NCBI GenBank assembly: GCA_041492185.1
Contig: JBGPWL010000010.1
Coordinates: forward strand, 10,117-74,116
Length of the DNA stretch: 64,000 bases
Reading direction: 5' to 3'
DNA from: Pyrinomonadaceae bacterium
Lineage (GTDB): Bacteria; Acidobacteriota; Blastocatellia; Pyrinomonadales; Pyrinomonadaceae
This document shows, piece after piece, positions 48,514-56,252 of this stretch (position 1 is its first letter; each line of letters begins with the position of its first letter). The position numbers and the translations under genes are program-made. Below the pieces are notes generated by a model. The model worked only from the letters and a program-made list of their open reading frames with translations, was not told the origin of the DNA and did no database searches.

Positions 48514-48702
48514 CTGCTTCCAATGTGCGATAACGCAAGGACACTCGCTCTTTCGAGTGGTATAGTCTCAGGACGGCTGATGATGAACCGTTGCGTTATC
48601 AAGAGCGTGGGGCCGCGGAAGGATTAACAGCGAAACAACAGGGTGTGGTTGCTGCATTTTGCGTTTCGGCTAGACGCCCTCTAACGCGTTAGGAAACAAC
48701 TT

Positions 48703-49188
48703 ATGAAACTAACAAACATGGCTGCACTCTTCGCTCTGATAGTTATGATCTGTAGCGCGCCAATCGTCGCACAACGCACGACCCGACCTTCCGCGGCGGT
48801 TCGATCTCCTGAAGTCGTGCTTAGAGAATTCTACAAGTGGTATATCCATGCCGGGAGCCATGACATAGATCCACTCAAGACCGACAAGGCTACTTTTAGG
48901 AAGTACGTCAGCGCGAGGTTCATTCGTGAAATTGAAAGAAACGAAAGACTGCCCGAAGGTGAAGGTTTCGATGCAGATTATTTTCTGCAAACGCAAGACC
49001 CGCTTCCCTCTTCCGATGCAAACAATGAAGCGGAGTGGCTAAAGAGTATCTCGGTATCGAGAGTCGCAGTCAAAGGAACAACAGCCACGGCGATTGTCAC
49101 TTTTTTCGCTGGGTATCCGAAGGTGAAGGTGAGCCTCATACAAGAAGGTGGCGTCTGGAAGATTAATCACGTAGCGGACGCACACTGA
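48703..49188 (+). CDS. secreted DUF3828-like protein
   Basis: 161 aa; signal peptide; ...LREFYKWYI...FDADYFLQTQD... pattern of DUF3828. Confidence 0.6.
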   Translation: MKLTNMAALFALIVMICSAPIVAQRTTRPSAAVRSPEVVLREFYKWYIHAGSHDIDPLKTDKATFRKYVSARFIREIERNERLPEGEGFDADYFLQTQDPLPSSDANNEAEWLKSISVSRVAVKGTTATAIVTFFAGYPKVKVSLIQEGGVWKINHVADAH

Positions 49189-49289
49189 TACGAATCCTTG
49201 CTGGTCAATGAGTCCTGATAAATTCAGCTATGCGGCAGATCATTTCACTGCGGGTTGGTGAATTGCATAATTCGGAAAGGAAAAGATTC

Positions 49290-49757
49290 ATGAAGAATGT
49301 GCTTATGTTCGTTATGCCTTTAGTATTCCTTTGCACACCTTCACTGGCATCACCTTCGCAGAACCAGGACACCACCGTTATTGATAAGTTCATCTCGAAG
49401 CAGGCCACTCAGGAAGGCGGCGACGAGGACGCAGAAGCGAGAAAGGTGGCGGAGGGGGACCTCAACCGCGATGGCACCTCCGACCTCGCAGTCTTATACA
49501 CGATTGAGGGTCAGAACGGGACAAACAACTATGTGCAATACCTGGCCGTATTCGTTCGAGTCAAAGGGCGCCTTCTTCCAGTTACACACGCCGCAGTTGG
49601 CGGCAAGTCTTATCGGGCGGTTGAGCTGGAGTCAATCAGCAACAGCGTAATCCTGTTAAAGACACTTAAGTATGCAGCGAAGGACGCGGCGTGCTGCCCG
49701 AGCAAGAAAGGGACGGCTCGATACGCGCTGGTCAACCGCAGGCTCAAGGAGCTATAG
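49290..49757 (+). CDS. secreted hypothetical protein
   Basis: ORF 49230.. trimmed to ATG 49290; signal peptide MKNVLMFVMPLVFLCTPSLA; DLNRDGTSDLAV (FG-GAP-like) segment. Confidence 0.6.
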   Translation: MKNVLMFVMPLVFLCTPSLASPSQNQDTTVIDKFISKQATQEGGDEDAEARKVAEGDLNRDGTSDLAVLYTIEGQNGTNNYVQYLAVFVRVKGRLLPVTHAAVGGKSYRAVELESISNSVILLKTLKYAAKDAACCPSKKGTARYALVNRRLKEL

Positions 49758-49954
49758 GGTCCGTTCCCCAGCCACAACGAGTCATGAGACCGGGAATCCT
49801 GTCAATCGAGCGCAGAGGAACGACGGTGACGATGGCGTCATCGCGCGCAGGAAGTTGGCGACCATCGTTCTGGTGAGAAGAAGCAACACGATTTATCCGT
49901 ATCATCGACAAGATGCCAAAAGCATCAGGCGACGGTAGTGGAATTCTTACTGAC

Positions 49955-50671
49955 CTACTCAGGCAGAAAGCTATCGTATTCCTCTTTGGTGATTCTGTAG
50001 CATTGACAGACGATCGCCTCCAGCTTTGCCGGCTGGAGGATCGTAAGGATGCCGCGACTGTAGCTAATCAATTTCTCACGTTGTAGATTGCCAGCAGCTT
50101 TGTTTACGCCTTCGCGTCGCACGCCCAGCATGCTGGACAAGAATTCCTGGGTGAGGCGAAACTTCTCCGCTTCCATCCCGTCGCGGGTCGTCAGCAGCCA
50201 CCGTGCCAAGCGGGCATCTATTGAGTGGAAGCGGTTGCACACAGCTGCTTGGGCTGTTTGCGTCAATCGTGAGTGCGTGTATCGTCGCAGCAGGCGCGGC
50301 AACCCTCCTCCGTTTTCGCATTCCTTTCGTAAGGCCGTCGCCTTCATTCTCAGGGCCACACCCGCACCTTGCACGACGGCGCGATTACGTGATGTCTTTA
50401 CGCCCATGAATACGGGGAGGCCGACCATACCCTCGCGGCCCACCATGCCAACCTCGAGATTGGTTCCCTCGCCTTCAGTTGCGAGCAGAGACACAACGCC
50501 ACTCGTCGGGAAATAGACGTGCCGGATGATGTCGCCCGGTTCGTATACGGCTGACCCAAAAGTCAGGTTTGTCAGCTCCAACTTAGTGAGCAGATGCTGA
50601 TATTCCTTTCTGGGCAGTTTGGCGAGAAGCCGATTGGAAACCGGCACCGATCGATTTGTGGCTGGAAGCAT
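49955..50671 (-). CDS. Crp/Fnr family transcriptional regulator (paralog 2)
   Basis: ORF 49955..50743 trimmed to ATG 50671 so the N-terminus (MLPATNRSVPVSNRLLAKLP) aligns with paralog 1 (MSVSINPVPPRGNRLLGKLP); HTH MLGVRREGVNKAAGNLQ. Confidence 0.85.
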   Translation of the reverse strand: MLPATNRSVPVSNRLLAKLPRKEYQHLLTKLELTNLTFGSAVYEPGDIIRHVYFPTSGVVSLLATEGEGTNLEVGMVGREGMVGLPVFMGVKTSRNRAVVQGAGVALRMKATALRKECENGGGLPRLLRRYTHSRLTQTAQAAVCNRFHSIDARLARWLLTTRDGMEAEKFRLTQEFLSSMLGVRREGVNKAAGNLQREKLISYSRGILTILQPAKLEAIVCQCYRITKEEYDSFLPE

Positions 50672-50811
50672 CGAGGGTTTTCCTTCTTCCGGTTGCTTGG
50701 CGCCAAGACAACAAACGGCACAAGAATGGGGTTGCCAGCCCAATCCAAGTGTCTAAAGATGATTTGTCTAACGAACGCTGCGGTATGTATACGACCCAAA
50801 GGCCTGGGCCG

Positions 50812-50832
50812 TATGTGCGCTAGCGCGCATAT
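50812..50832. promoter_or_regulatory. Crp-box 2 (tatgtgcgctagcgcgcatat), upstream of crp paralog 2
   Basis: Centre about 151 nt upstream of ATG 50671 (minus strand); followed by the GCGCATATGCGC palindrome, giving a third half-site as in box 1. Confidence 0.6.
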
Positions 50833-50903
50833 GCGCACTTTTCACAAACCAAACAAGGGCGGTCTCTTTGGTCTGGTTGGAACCTACATCAACGGGTGTG
50901 TTG

Positions 50904-51170
50904 TTACCTCAGGCCGAAACCCCTCCGGCGAAAGAGCGCGTGATAGACGATCAAAAACACTACGGCGCCCGTCACGGCGACGAGCAGGCTATAGAGATTC
51001 AGACCTGTCACACCAGTTGCTCCAAACAGATTGAATAGAAAGCCGCCGACGATCGCACCGACAACTCCTAAGAGGACGTCGCGAACCAGGCCTTCACCCG
51101 TCTTGTTAACAATCTTGCTTCCGATGTAACCAGCGACCAGACCGAGCACGATCCAGGCGACAAAAGACAT
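50904..51170 (-). CDS. GlsB/YeaQ/YmgE family stress-response membrane protein
   Basis: ORF trimmed to ATG 51170; MSFVAWIVLGLVAGYIGSKIV...LLGVVGAIVGGFLF typical of transglycosylase-associated (YeaQ) family. Confidence 0.8.
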   Translation of the reverse strand: MSFVAWIVLGLVAGYIGSKIVNKTGEGLVRDVLLGVVGAIVGGFLFNLFGATGVTGLNLYSLLVAVTGAVVFLIVYHALFRRRGFGLR

Positions 51171-51384
51171 CGCTGAACTTTCCTGCCGGTTGGATATCAA
51201 CATACCGAACTGTGTTACCTCGATGATTGACATTTCACTTCTCCTTCTTTTTTGAGTTCTCTAGTCGTCTCTTGGAAAACATCAGACGGCACAAGAAGGA
51301 GGTTGCTGGCCTGATCCGCAGTGTCGATAGGTGATTTGTCTAAAGAACGACTGAAGCGAAGGATACAACTCAAAAGAACGGCGG

Positions 51385-51405
51385 TCTGTGCGCTAGAACA
51401 CATAT
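51385..51405. promoter_or_regulatory. Crp-box 3 (tctgtgcgctagaacacatat)
   Basis: In the divergent region between the glsB-like gene (minus) and the Gly/Arg/His-rich gene (plus). Confidence 0.55.
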
Positions 51406-51499
51406 AGAGGAAGTGAGGAAAGAAACGGGAGCATCCTCTCAGCCAGGCAGGCGGTCGTACTCGTCTTAAGCGTTTCGCTCGCGATTTATCCTCGCCCCA

Positions 51500-51520
51500 A
51501 TATGTGTGTTAGCGCACATA
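51500..51520. promoter_or_regulatory. Crp-box 4 (atatgtgtgttagcgcacata)
   Basis: Centre 54 nt upstream of ATG 51564; TAGAGT -10-like hexamer starts ~31 nt downstream of the centre (class II-like geometry). Confidence 0.6.
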
Positions 51521-51563
51521 CACCTCAAGCCGCAGGGATTAGAGTCAGCGCCAAGGAGTGAAT

Positions 51564-51842
51564 ATGAAACGAAAAACAATGCAGCTTTTGATGGGGACAG
51601 CGATGGCAATATCCTTAGCGTGTGCCTCGCTGGATGTGATCGCTCAACAGAATGTCAATTCCAGTAAAGGGCAGATGAAGGAAGGCGGCAGAGAGGTTGG
51701 CAGAGCCGGTCGAGGCGTGGGGCGACATGTGAAGCATGGCCGGATAGTGCGCGGTGGCAAACACTTTGGACGACACATGGGGCGTGCCGGTAGGCACTTC
51801 GGCCGCGGGACCAAGCATGCCGTCAAGCATGCAATATCCTAA
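51564..51842 (+). CDS. small secreted Gly/Arg/His-rich basic protein
   Basis: ATG 51564 with AAGGAG upstream; signal peptide, then repeated G-R-x-x-G-R-H units. Confidence 0.6.
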   Translation: MKRKTMQLLMGTAMAISLACASLDVIAQQNVNSSKGQMKEGGREVGRAGRGVGRHVKHGRIVRGGKHFGRHMGRAGRHFGRGTKHAVKHAIS

Positions 51843-52025
51843 GACGAACTTCCTTTCATAACTGAGTGCTGTTACATCTGTGTTGATTGCTCTCAGAGAC
51901 CACTCTTGCGTCAGAAATCGGCAATGGCAGTCGACCGCCTGTGCGCACATAAAGCAGAAATGAAGCAGTACGTTTAATAACGCTTCTTTGACGACCCTGG
52001 GAACCCACAGCCCGTCTTGTTTCTA

Positions 52026-52046
52026 TATGTGCGCAAACGCACATAC
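52026..52046. promoter_or_regulatory. Crp-box 5 (tatgtgcgcaaacgcacatac)
   Basis: 73 nt upstream of a 25-codon ORF (52109..52186) that has an AGGAGG Shine-Dalgarno. Confidence 0.55.
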
Positions 52047-52289
52047 ACGACACTTTAATCGGTCTAAGGTAGCGCCCATTAGTGACATCCCGTAATCAGG
52101 AGGCGACCATGCCAAAGCCTGACGTAGATGGCGTGGTAGCAAGGATCACGCAATTCGTTTTTCCTGCGGAGCGCGTCGCTGCTTAGTCAATCCGCGCTGG
52201 ATGTGGAAGTCAACAACTGTCCGCTTCCAACACCTCCCCTCCCGCGCCAACTGCGCAACGAAGATGCTCAAAAACATTTAGAATGATCT

Positions 52290-52310
52290 ATATGTGTGTT
52301 AGAGCACATA
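52290..52310. promoter_or_regulatory. Crp-box 6 (atatgtgtgttagagcacata)
   Basis: About 228 nt upstream of ATG 52528 (R/D/N-rich protein). Confidence 0.55.
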
Positions 52311-52527
52311 CAAACGCTCGCGGGTAGTTTATGTTGCCGTACTGGCAATTTACTGTGAAAGCATACCAGGCAGTCTCGGATTCAGAGATACATTTGATTG
52401 CGCTCTGATGCTGGCGGCGAACGCGTCGGGCAGAAGAGACACAGGTGATTGAAGCGCGGGTTTCAGCGAGATTCAAACCCACCCTTCGCAAGGTCGAGTT
52501 GCATGTACCTGCAACAAGGAGTTGGTT

Positions 52528-53298
52528 ATGAAAAGAAATCAATGGCTAGGCAGAATCGGGATCGCCGCGCTGGCGTTTTTGCTGCTGCTTGGCGCGGGAA
52601 TCGTCTTGAGCACGACAGCTCGGGCTCAAAATCAAGATGATCGTGATGCCCAAAGCCGTCGGGATCAAAACAACCGTGATCGCAACGATCAATATCGCCG
52701 CGACCGCAACTGGGATCAGTACGGCAACTACGGCGGCTCTGTCGAGTTGCGCGAAACCGCTCTGAACGCTGGCTACAACGAAGGTATCAGGGAAGGCAGC
52801 AATGATCGCCAGAACGGGAGGCACTCTAACTATCGAGACTCTAGTGCCTACCGGAACGCCACGAAAGACTACCGCTCACGTCTCGGCGACCGCGAGTTGT
52901 ACCGCCGATACTTCCGTGACGCATTCGAGAGCGGATACAACGCCGACGGTTATGACCAGGACAGTCGCGATCGAGACAACCGTGATCGTGATCGAAACAA
53001 CCGTGACCGCAACAACAACGGCGACCGAAATCGCCGCGGCCGCAACTGGGACGGCTACTCCAACTACGGCGGCTCCTTCGAGCTTCGCCAAACGGCACTG
53101 AACGCGGGCTACAACGAAGGCATCAAGGAAGGTCGCAAGGACCGCAATCGGCGCAACCGCTCTGATTACCGTGACAAGGGCGCCTACCAGAAAGCCACGC
53201 AAGACTACAGCTCAAGGCTCGGCGACCGCGAGCTATACCGACGTTACTACCAAGAGGCCTACCCTAATGGTTATGACGCCGGCATCAATGGTTACTAG
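52528..53298 (+). CDS. secreted Arg/Asp/Asn-rich protein with internal duplication
   Basis: ATG 52528 with AAGGAG 5 nt upstream; signal/TM; two ~95-aa units (NWD.Y.NYGGS.ELR.TALNAGYNEGI.EG...YR...AY..AT.DY.SRLGDRELYRRY). Confidence 0.7.
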   Translation: MKRNQWLGRIGIAALAFLLLLGAGIVLSTTARAQNQDDRDAQSRRDQNNRDRNDQYRRDRNWDQYGNYGGSVELRETALNAGYNEGIREGSNDRQNGRHSNYRDSSAYRNATKDYRSRLGDRELYRRYFRDAFESGYNADGYDQDSRDRDNRDRDRNNRDRNNNGDRNRRGRNWDGYSNYGGSFELRQTALNAGYNEGIKEGRKDRNRRNRSDYRDKGAYQKATQDYSSRLGDRELYRRYYQEAYPNGYDAGINGY

Positions 53299-53392
53299 AA
53301 GTTTCTTGAAGGCCCTCACCTCTTTTCAAGTCTTCGTTTTCGAATCCAGCTTGCGCTTCGCGGCGCATGCATTCAAAGGAAGTCAGTAAGAA

Positions 53393-53620
53393 GTGAACAC
53401 AAAGACATCAGTCAGACTCATCAAAAAAGGGGAACGCAAAGGGCGAAAGATCCGAGCTAAGGTCCAACATCGAACTGGCCCAAAACAGTGGTCCACAGCA
53501 GTTCGCTCGTGGGTCGTTGAGTCTCAAGAACGCGATCGCAGCGAATCGCTCCCAGCTTTCGACAGTTTGTTCGAGGATGCACTGACGCCGCCGGAACGCG
53601 CAGATGGAAGCGTTGTCTAG
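53393..53620 (+). CDS. small basic hypothetical protein
   Basis: 75-aa ORF from GTG; no family recognised. Confidence 0.4.
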   Translation: MNTKTSVRLIKKGERKGRKIRAKVQHRTGPKQWSTAVRSWVVESQERDRSESLPAFDSLFEDALTPPERADGSVV

Positions 53621-53681
53621 CGATCAACGAACGGCAACGCTCAAACGATTGGAGAGGGCTACACTCGCCCAAAGGAGAAAT

Positions 53682-53876
53682 ATGACACCAGCTAAACCAG
53701 GAGTGGTCAAAGACGAGCTGACAACCCATGACCGAACGCAGGCGGCGATAGAGGCTTATCGGGCCAAGTCCGATGAACGAACTAGCCCGGGACCAAATCC
53801 GGTTCGTGAGAGGCGGTATCTCGACGTGGATGGAGTTCTCGCGCGCTCGTCGTTGCCAGAAGCGTTAAGGCTATAG
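53682..53876 (+). CDS. small hypothetical protein
   Basis: ORF 53604.. trimmed to ATG 53682, which has AAGGAG 5 nt upstream. Confidence 0.45.
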   Translation: MTPAKPGVVKDELTTHDRTQAAIEAYRAKSDERTSPGPNPVRERRYLDVDGVLARSSLPEALRL

Positions 53877-54026
53877 TCACATATTGGACAAGTACTACCT
53901 TCCCGCCAGAGTTGGCGTGAAGCCCCCGGCATGGTGGTGTCCTGATTTATTTCTCTGTGCGATCTCCGCGTCCCCTGTGTCTTGTGGTGAGTGGTTATGG
54001 ATGATCCCGGAGTTCAGATTCGCTGA

Positions 54027-54425
54027 TCAGTGTCCGACCGGGATCCGTTGAAAGCGTGTCTTGCCTTCCACATCTTCCCATGAGATGTCGAGCACATAAG
54101 GACAAGCCTTGCCTGTGATGATCTTGAGTCGTTCCAACTGATCGTGATCGATCTCGCTCGGTCTGCCATTGATCCAGGTTCGGTGGGCCAGGACTGCTCG
54201 CTCTTTGGGTAGGATGGCTTTTACCGCGTCGAATCGAATGTGAGCTTGTGACGGCCCTCCGCCGAAAGTTTCTTCATCTTTCAGGAAGATAGTTAGAATC
54301 TCCATCGACTTAAGGGTTTGGTCACCGGTGTTCGTCAACTCTAAGAGAACCTTCGGTCCGGTATCGATTAATCTGAAGCTGAGAGGTTTGGCTGTATTGC
54401 TATTGTTGCTCATAGTCTTTGTCAC
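54027..54425 (-). CDS. hypothetical protein co-directional with the receiver-domain gene
   Basis: 132-aa ORF 45 nt downstream of the receiver gene; no family recognised. Confidence 0.55.
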   Translation of the reverse strand: MTKTMSNNSNTAKPLSFRLIDTGPKVLLELTNTGDQTLKSMEILTIFLKDEETFGGGPSQAHIRFDAVKAILPKERAVLAHRTWINGRPSEIDHDQLERLKIITGKACPYVLDISWEDVEGKTRFQRIPVGH

Positions 54426-54439
54426 GCTTGTCCGAAACC

Positions 54440-54510
54440 ACCTGCGGTAGCGGGTGGGTAATTGTCATCACTACGCGGCCAGCGGAGCAAAACCACCCGC
54501 TACCGCAGGT
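54440..54510 (-). repeat. perfect 18-bp inverted repeat straddling the receiver-gene stop codon
   Basis: acctgcggtagcgggtgg (54440..54457) and ccacccgctaccgcaggt (54493..54510), 35-nt spacer. Confidence 0.6.
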
Positions 54511-54902
54511 AGTTCCGTCTTTAGCAGCAGGCGAGTGATAAGATTTCTCAACTGGTTGAAGTTGTCGGGGCGAGTGACATGTACATTTCGACCGATGGCG
54601 ACTTCATCACCTTCGCCGACCTCTGCAACGCAAAAGAGCACAACTGGCACACTCTCTCCCAGGCCCGCGCGTTCGCGGATACGGCACGCGGTAACTATTA
54701 TGTCGGCTAGTATGCCGGGTAAACTCACGAGAATCAGATCGGGACGCCTGCGTAGTGCGCTCGTGATTGCGCTGGGTTCATCTCTCATTGCCTCCACACG
54801 GTAACCGTCCACTTTGAGCAATTTCTCAATGCCGTCGCGAGTCTCCTCGACATCCTCCACTACCAGGATGATCAGGGCCGTGTCATTTTCTATGTTCATC
54901 AA
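54471..54902 (-). CDS. stand-alone receiver (REC) domain protein lacking the phospho-acceptor Asp
   Basis: ILVVEDVEETR (beta1 acidic pair) is present, but the beta3 position reads PDLILVSLPG (Ser where Asp is expected); K-P-F position reads RPDNF. Confidence 0.65.
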   Translation of the reverse strand: MMNIENDTALIILVVEDVEETRDGIEKLLKVDGYRVEAMRDEPSAITSALRRRPDLILVSLPGILADIIVTACRIRERAGLGESVPVVLFCVAEVGEGDEVAIGRNVHVTRPDNFNQLRNLITRLLLKTELPAVAGGFAPLAA

Positions 54903-54995
54903 ACGCTTTCTTGTTCGCTTACGGCCAGGTTTTGTTTATCTTCGAGTACATGACCACTAGCGAACCTTTAACAATAGCGACAACTAAGCGGCTTG

Positions 54996-55016
54996 TCCGT
55001 GCGCCAGCGCACATAT
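54996..55016. promoter_or_regulatory. Crp-box 7 (tccgtgcgccagcgcacatat)
   Basis: In the divergent region between the receiver-domain gene (about 104 nt to its ATG) and the Met-rich protein gene. Confidence 0.55.
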
Positions 55017-55036
55017 TGCCTAACTTTTCGGCGTGA

Positions 55037-55114
55037 GATCGATAAATCCCAATCATAAGCGGCCTAGCGCACAGACGGCGCCGCGTGCTTAGCCTAACCT
55101 TGTGTTCTGTCAGC
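55037..55114 (+). repeat. 78-nt direct repeat, copy A
   Basis: 68/78 identical, ungapped, to 56253..56330 (hand count). Confidence 0.7.
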
Positions 55115-55224
55115 AAAGGAATCCGAGGCTAAGACCACTAAAATAGTCAAAGATTCGTTAACTTTTTCGAGGATCTGAAGGCGGAATTCCGCTCTGAAAA
55201 ATGAAGAGGGAGAAAGGTGAGAAT

Positions 55225-55830
55225 ATGAAAATAAACACACGCGCTCTGTTTTTAGCTATAGCCATTATGCTGATCGTATCAATTCCGTCCGTCGCATGGG
55301 CGCAACACAAGCACGGTGGACAGAAAAAGGCGGGCATGTCGGGCATGAAGATGGACATGCCAATGATGATGATGAAATCGCCGCATCACAAGTTGATGAT
55401 GGCCTACATGAAGAGCATGTCTACGTTCGCTACAACACTTCGTGATCAGGCAATGAAGCCAGAAGCCATGGACGTTGAAGTTGCGCGCGCAACTGTCGCG
55501 GAGCTGAGACACAATCTCGATGCGATGGAAGCTCTCCACCAAAAACACATGCAGTCGATGAGCGCAGAGATGCAATCAAAGATGAAGACGATGATGGAGA
55601 AGATGGATAAGAACGGCGCGAAGCTAAAGGATCAGGTGACCGCGCTCGAGACCGATGTGCAAGCCGATAAGCCAGACTCTGCGCAAGTGACGGCACATGC
55701 CAACGCTCTGCTAAAGCATCTCGGAATGATGTCGAAGATGCATGGTGGCAGCAAAGCAGGGAAGAAGAAGATGGCGATGAAGAAGGGTATGAAGATGGAT
55801 CCCAAGATGGACATGAAGAAGAAGATGTAA
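55225..55830 (+). CDS. secreted Met/His/Lys-rich protein
   Basis: ORF 55201.. trimmed to ATG 55225; signal peptide; MKMDMPMMMMKSPHHKLMMAYMKSM and C-terminal KKKMAMKKGMKMDPKMDMKKKM. Confidence 0.7.
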   Translation: MKINTRALFLAIAIMLIVSIPSVAWAQHKHGGQKKAGMSGMKMDMPMMMMKSPHHKLMMAYMKSMSTFATTLRDQAMKPEAMDVEVARATVAELRHNLDAMEALHQKHMQSMSAEMQSKMKTMMEKMDKNGAKLKDQVTALETDVQADKPDSAQVTAHANALLKHLGMMSKMHGGSKAGKKKMAMKKGMKMDPKMDMKKKM

Positions 55831-55943
55831 TCGTTCCCGTGTAGTTGTTGGCTGTTGTTCTGGAAATAGGTTTGGTAATGCACCCGCTGTGTCGTGATCT
55901 AATGCGCGCGGCGGAAGCAATTCCAAATAGGAGGTAAGAATTC

Positions 55944-56198
55944 ATGCCTGAGACAAATCGAACCCGGGTGGCACTGGGTGCAATCATCGTGGTGGTGCTC
56001 ATAGTTTCGCTCCTCTCTTGGAGCGGGATGATGGGCGGTTTGGGTTGGACGAATATGAGCGGCGGGATGATGGGCGGATGGGGCTCGAATGCGAACCCCG
56101 GCAGGTCTGTGCTGACGATCGGCGTTTGGGTACTTATCGTCGTCGGCATCGGAGGGATTATCCTTTGGGCCATTCGTAAGCCCGGCGTACACCGATGA
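55944..56198 (+). CDS. small two-TM membrane protein with Gly/Met-rich loop
   Basis: 84 aa; AGGAGG 8 nt upstream; loop SGMMGGLGWTNMSGGMMGGWG between two TM helices. Confidence 0.65.
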   Translation: MPETNRTRVALGAIIVVVLIVSLLSWSGMMGGLGWTNMSGGMMGGWGSNANPGRSVLTIGVWVLIVVGIGGIILWAIRKPGVHR

Positions 56199-56252
56199 TG
56201 CAAGGTGTGCGATCGTCTTCATGCCCCATGTCTCCTGTGAATTCCGGTACGC

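Noticed and set aside
51939-51952. ctgtgcgcacataa as an eighth Crp box
   Set aside because: The two half-sites are collapsed (TGTGCGCACA) without the 8-nt spacing shared by the seven full sites. It is possibly a decayed site.
52455-52485. gggtttcagcgagattcaaaccc as a tRNA T-arm or tRNA fragment
   Set aside because: The loop is 11 nt rather than 7, there are no acceptor or anticodon arms around it, and there is no CCA context.
54919-55116. 65-aa ORF, together with 56219..56482, on the minus strand
   Set aside because: Their similarity to each other comes from the 78-nt non-coding direct repeat. There is no RBS and the composition is implausible.
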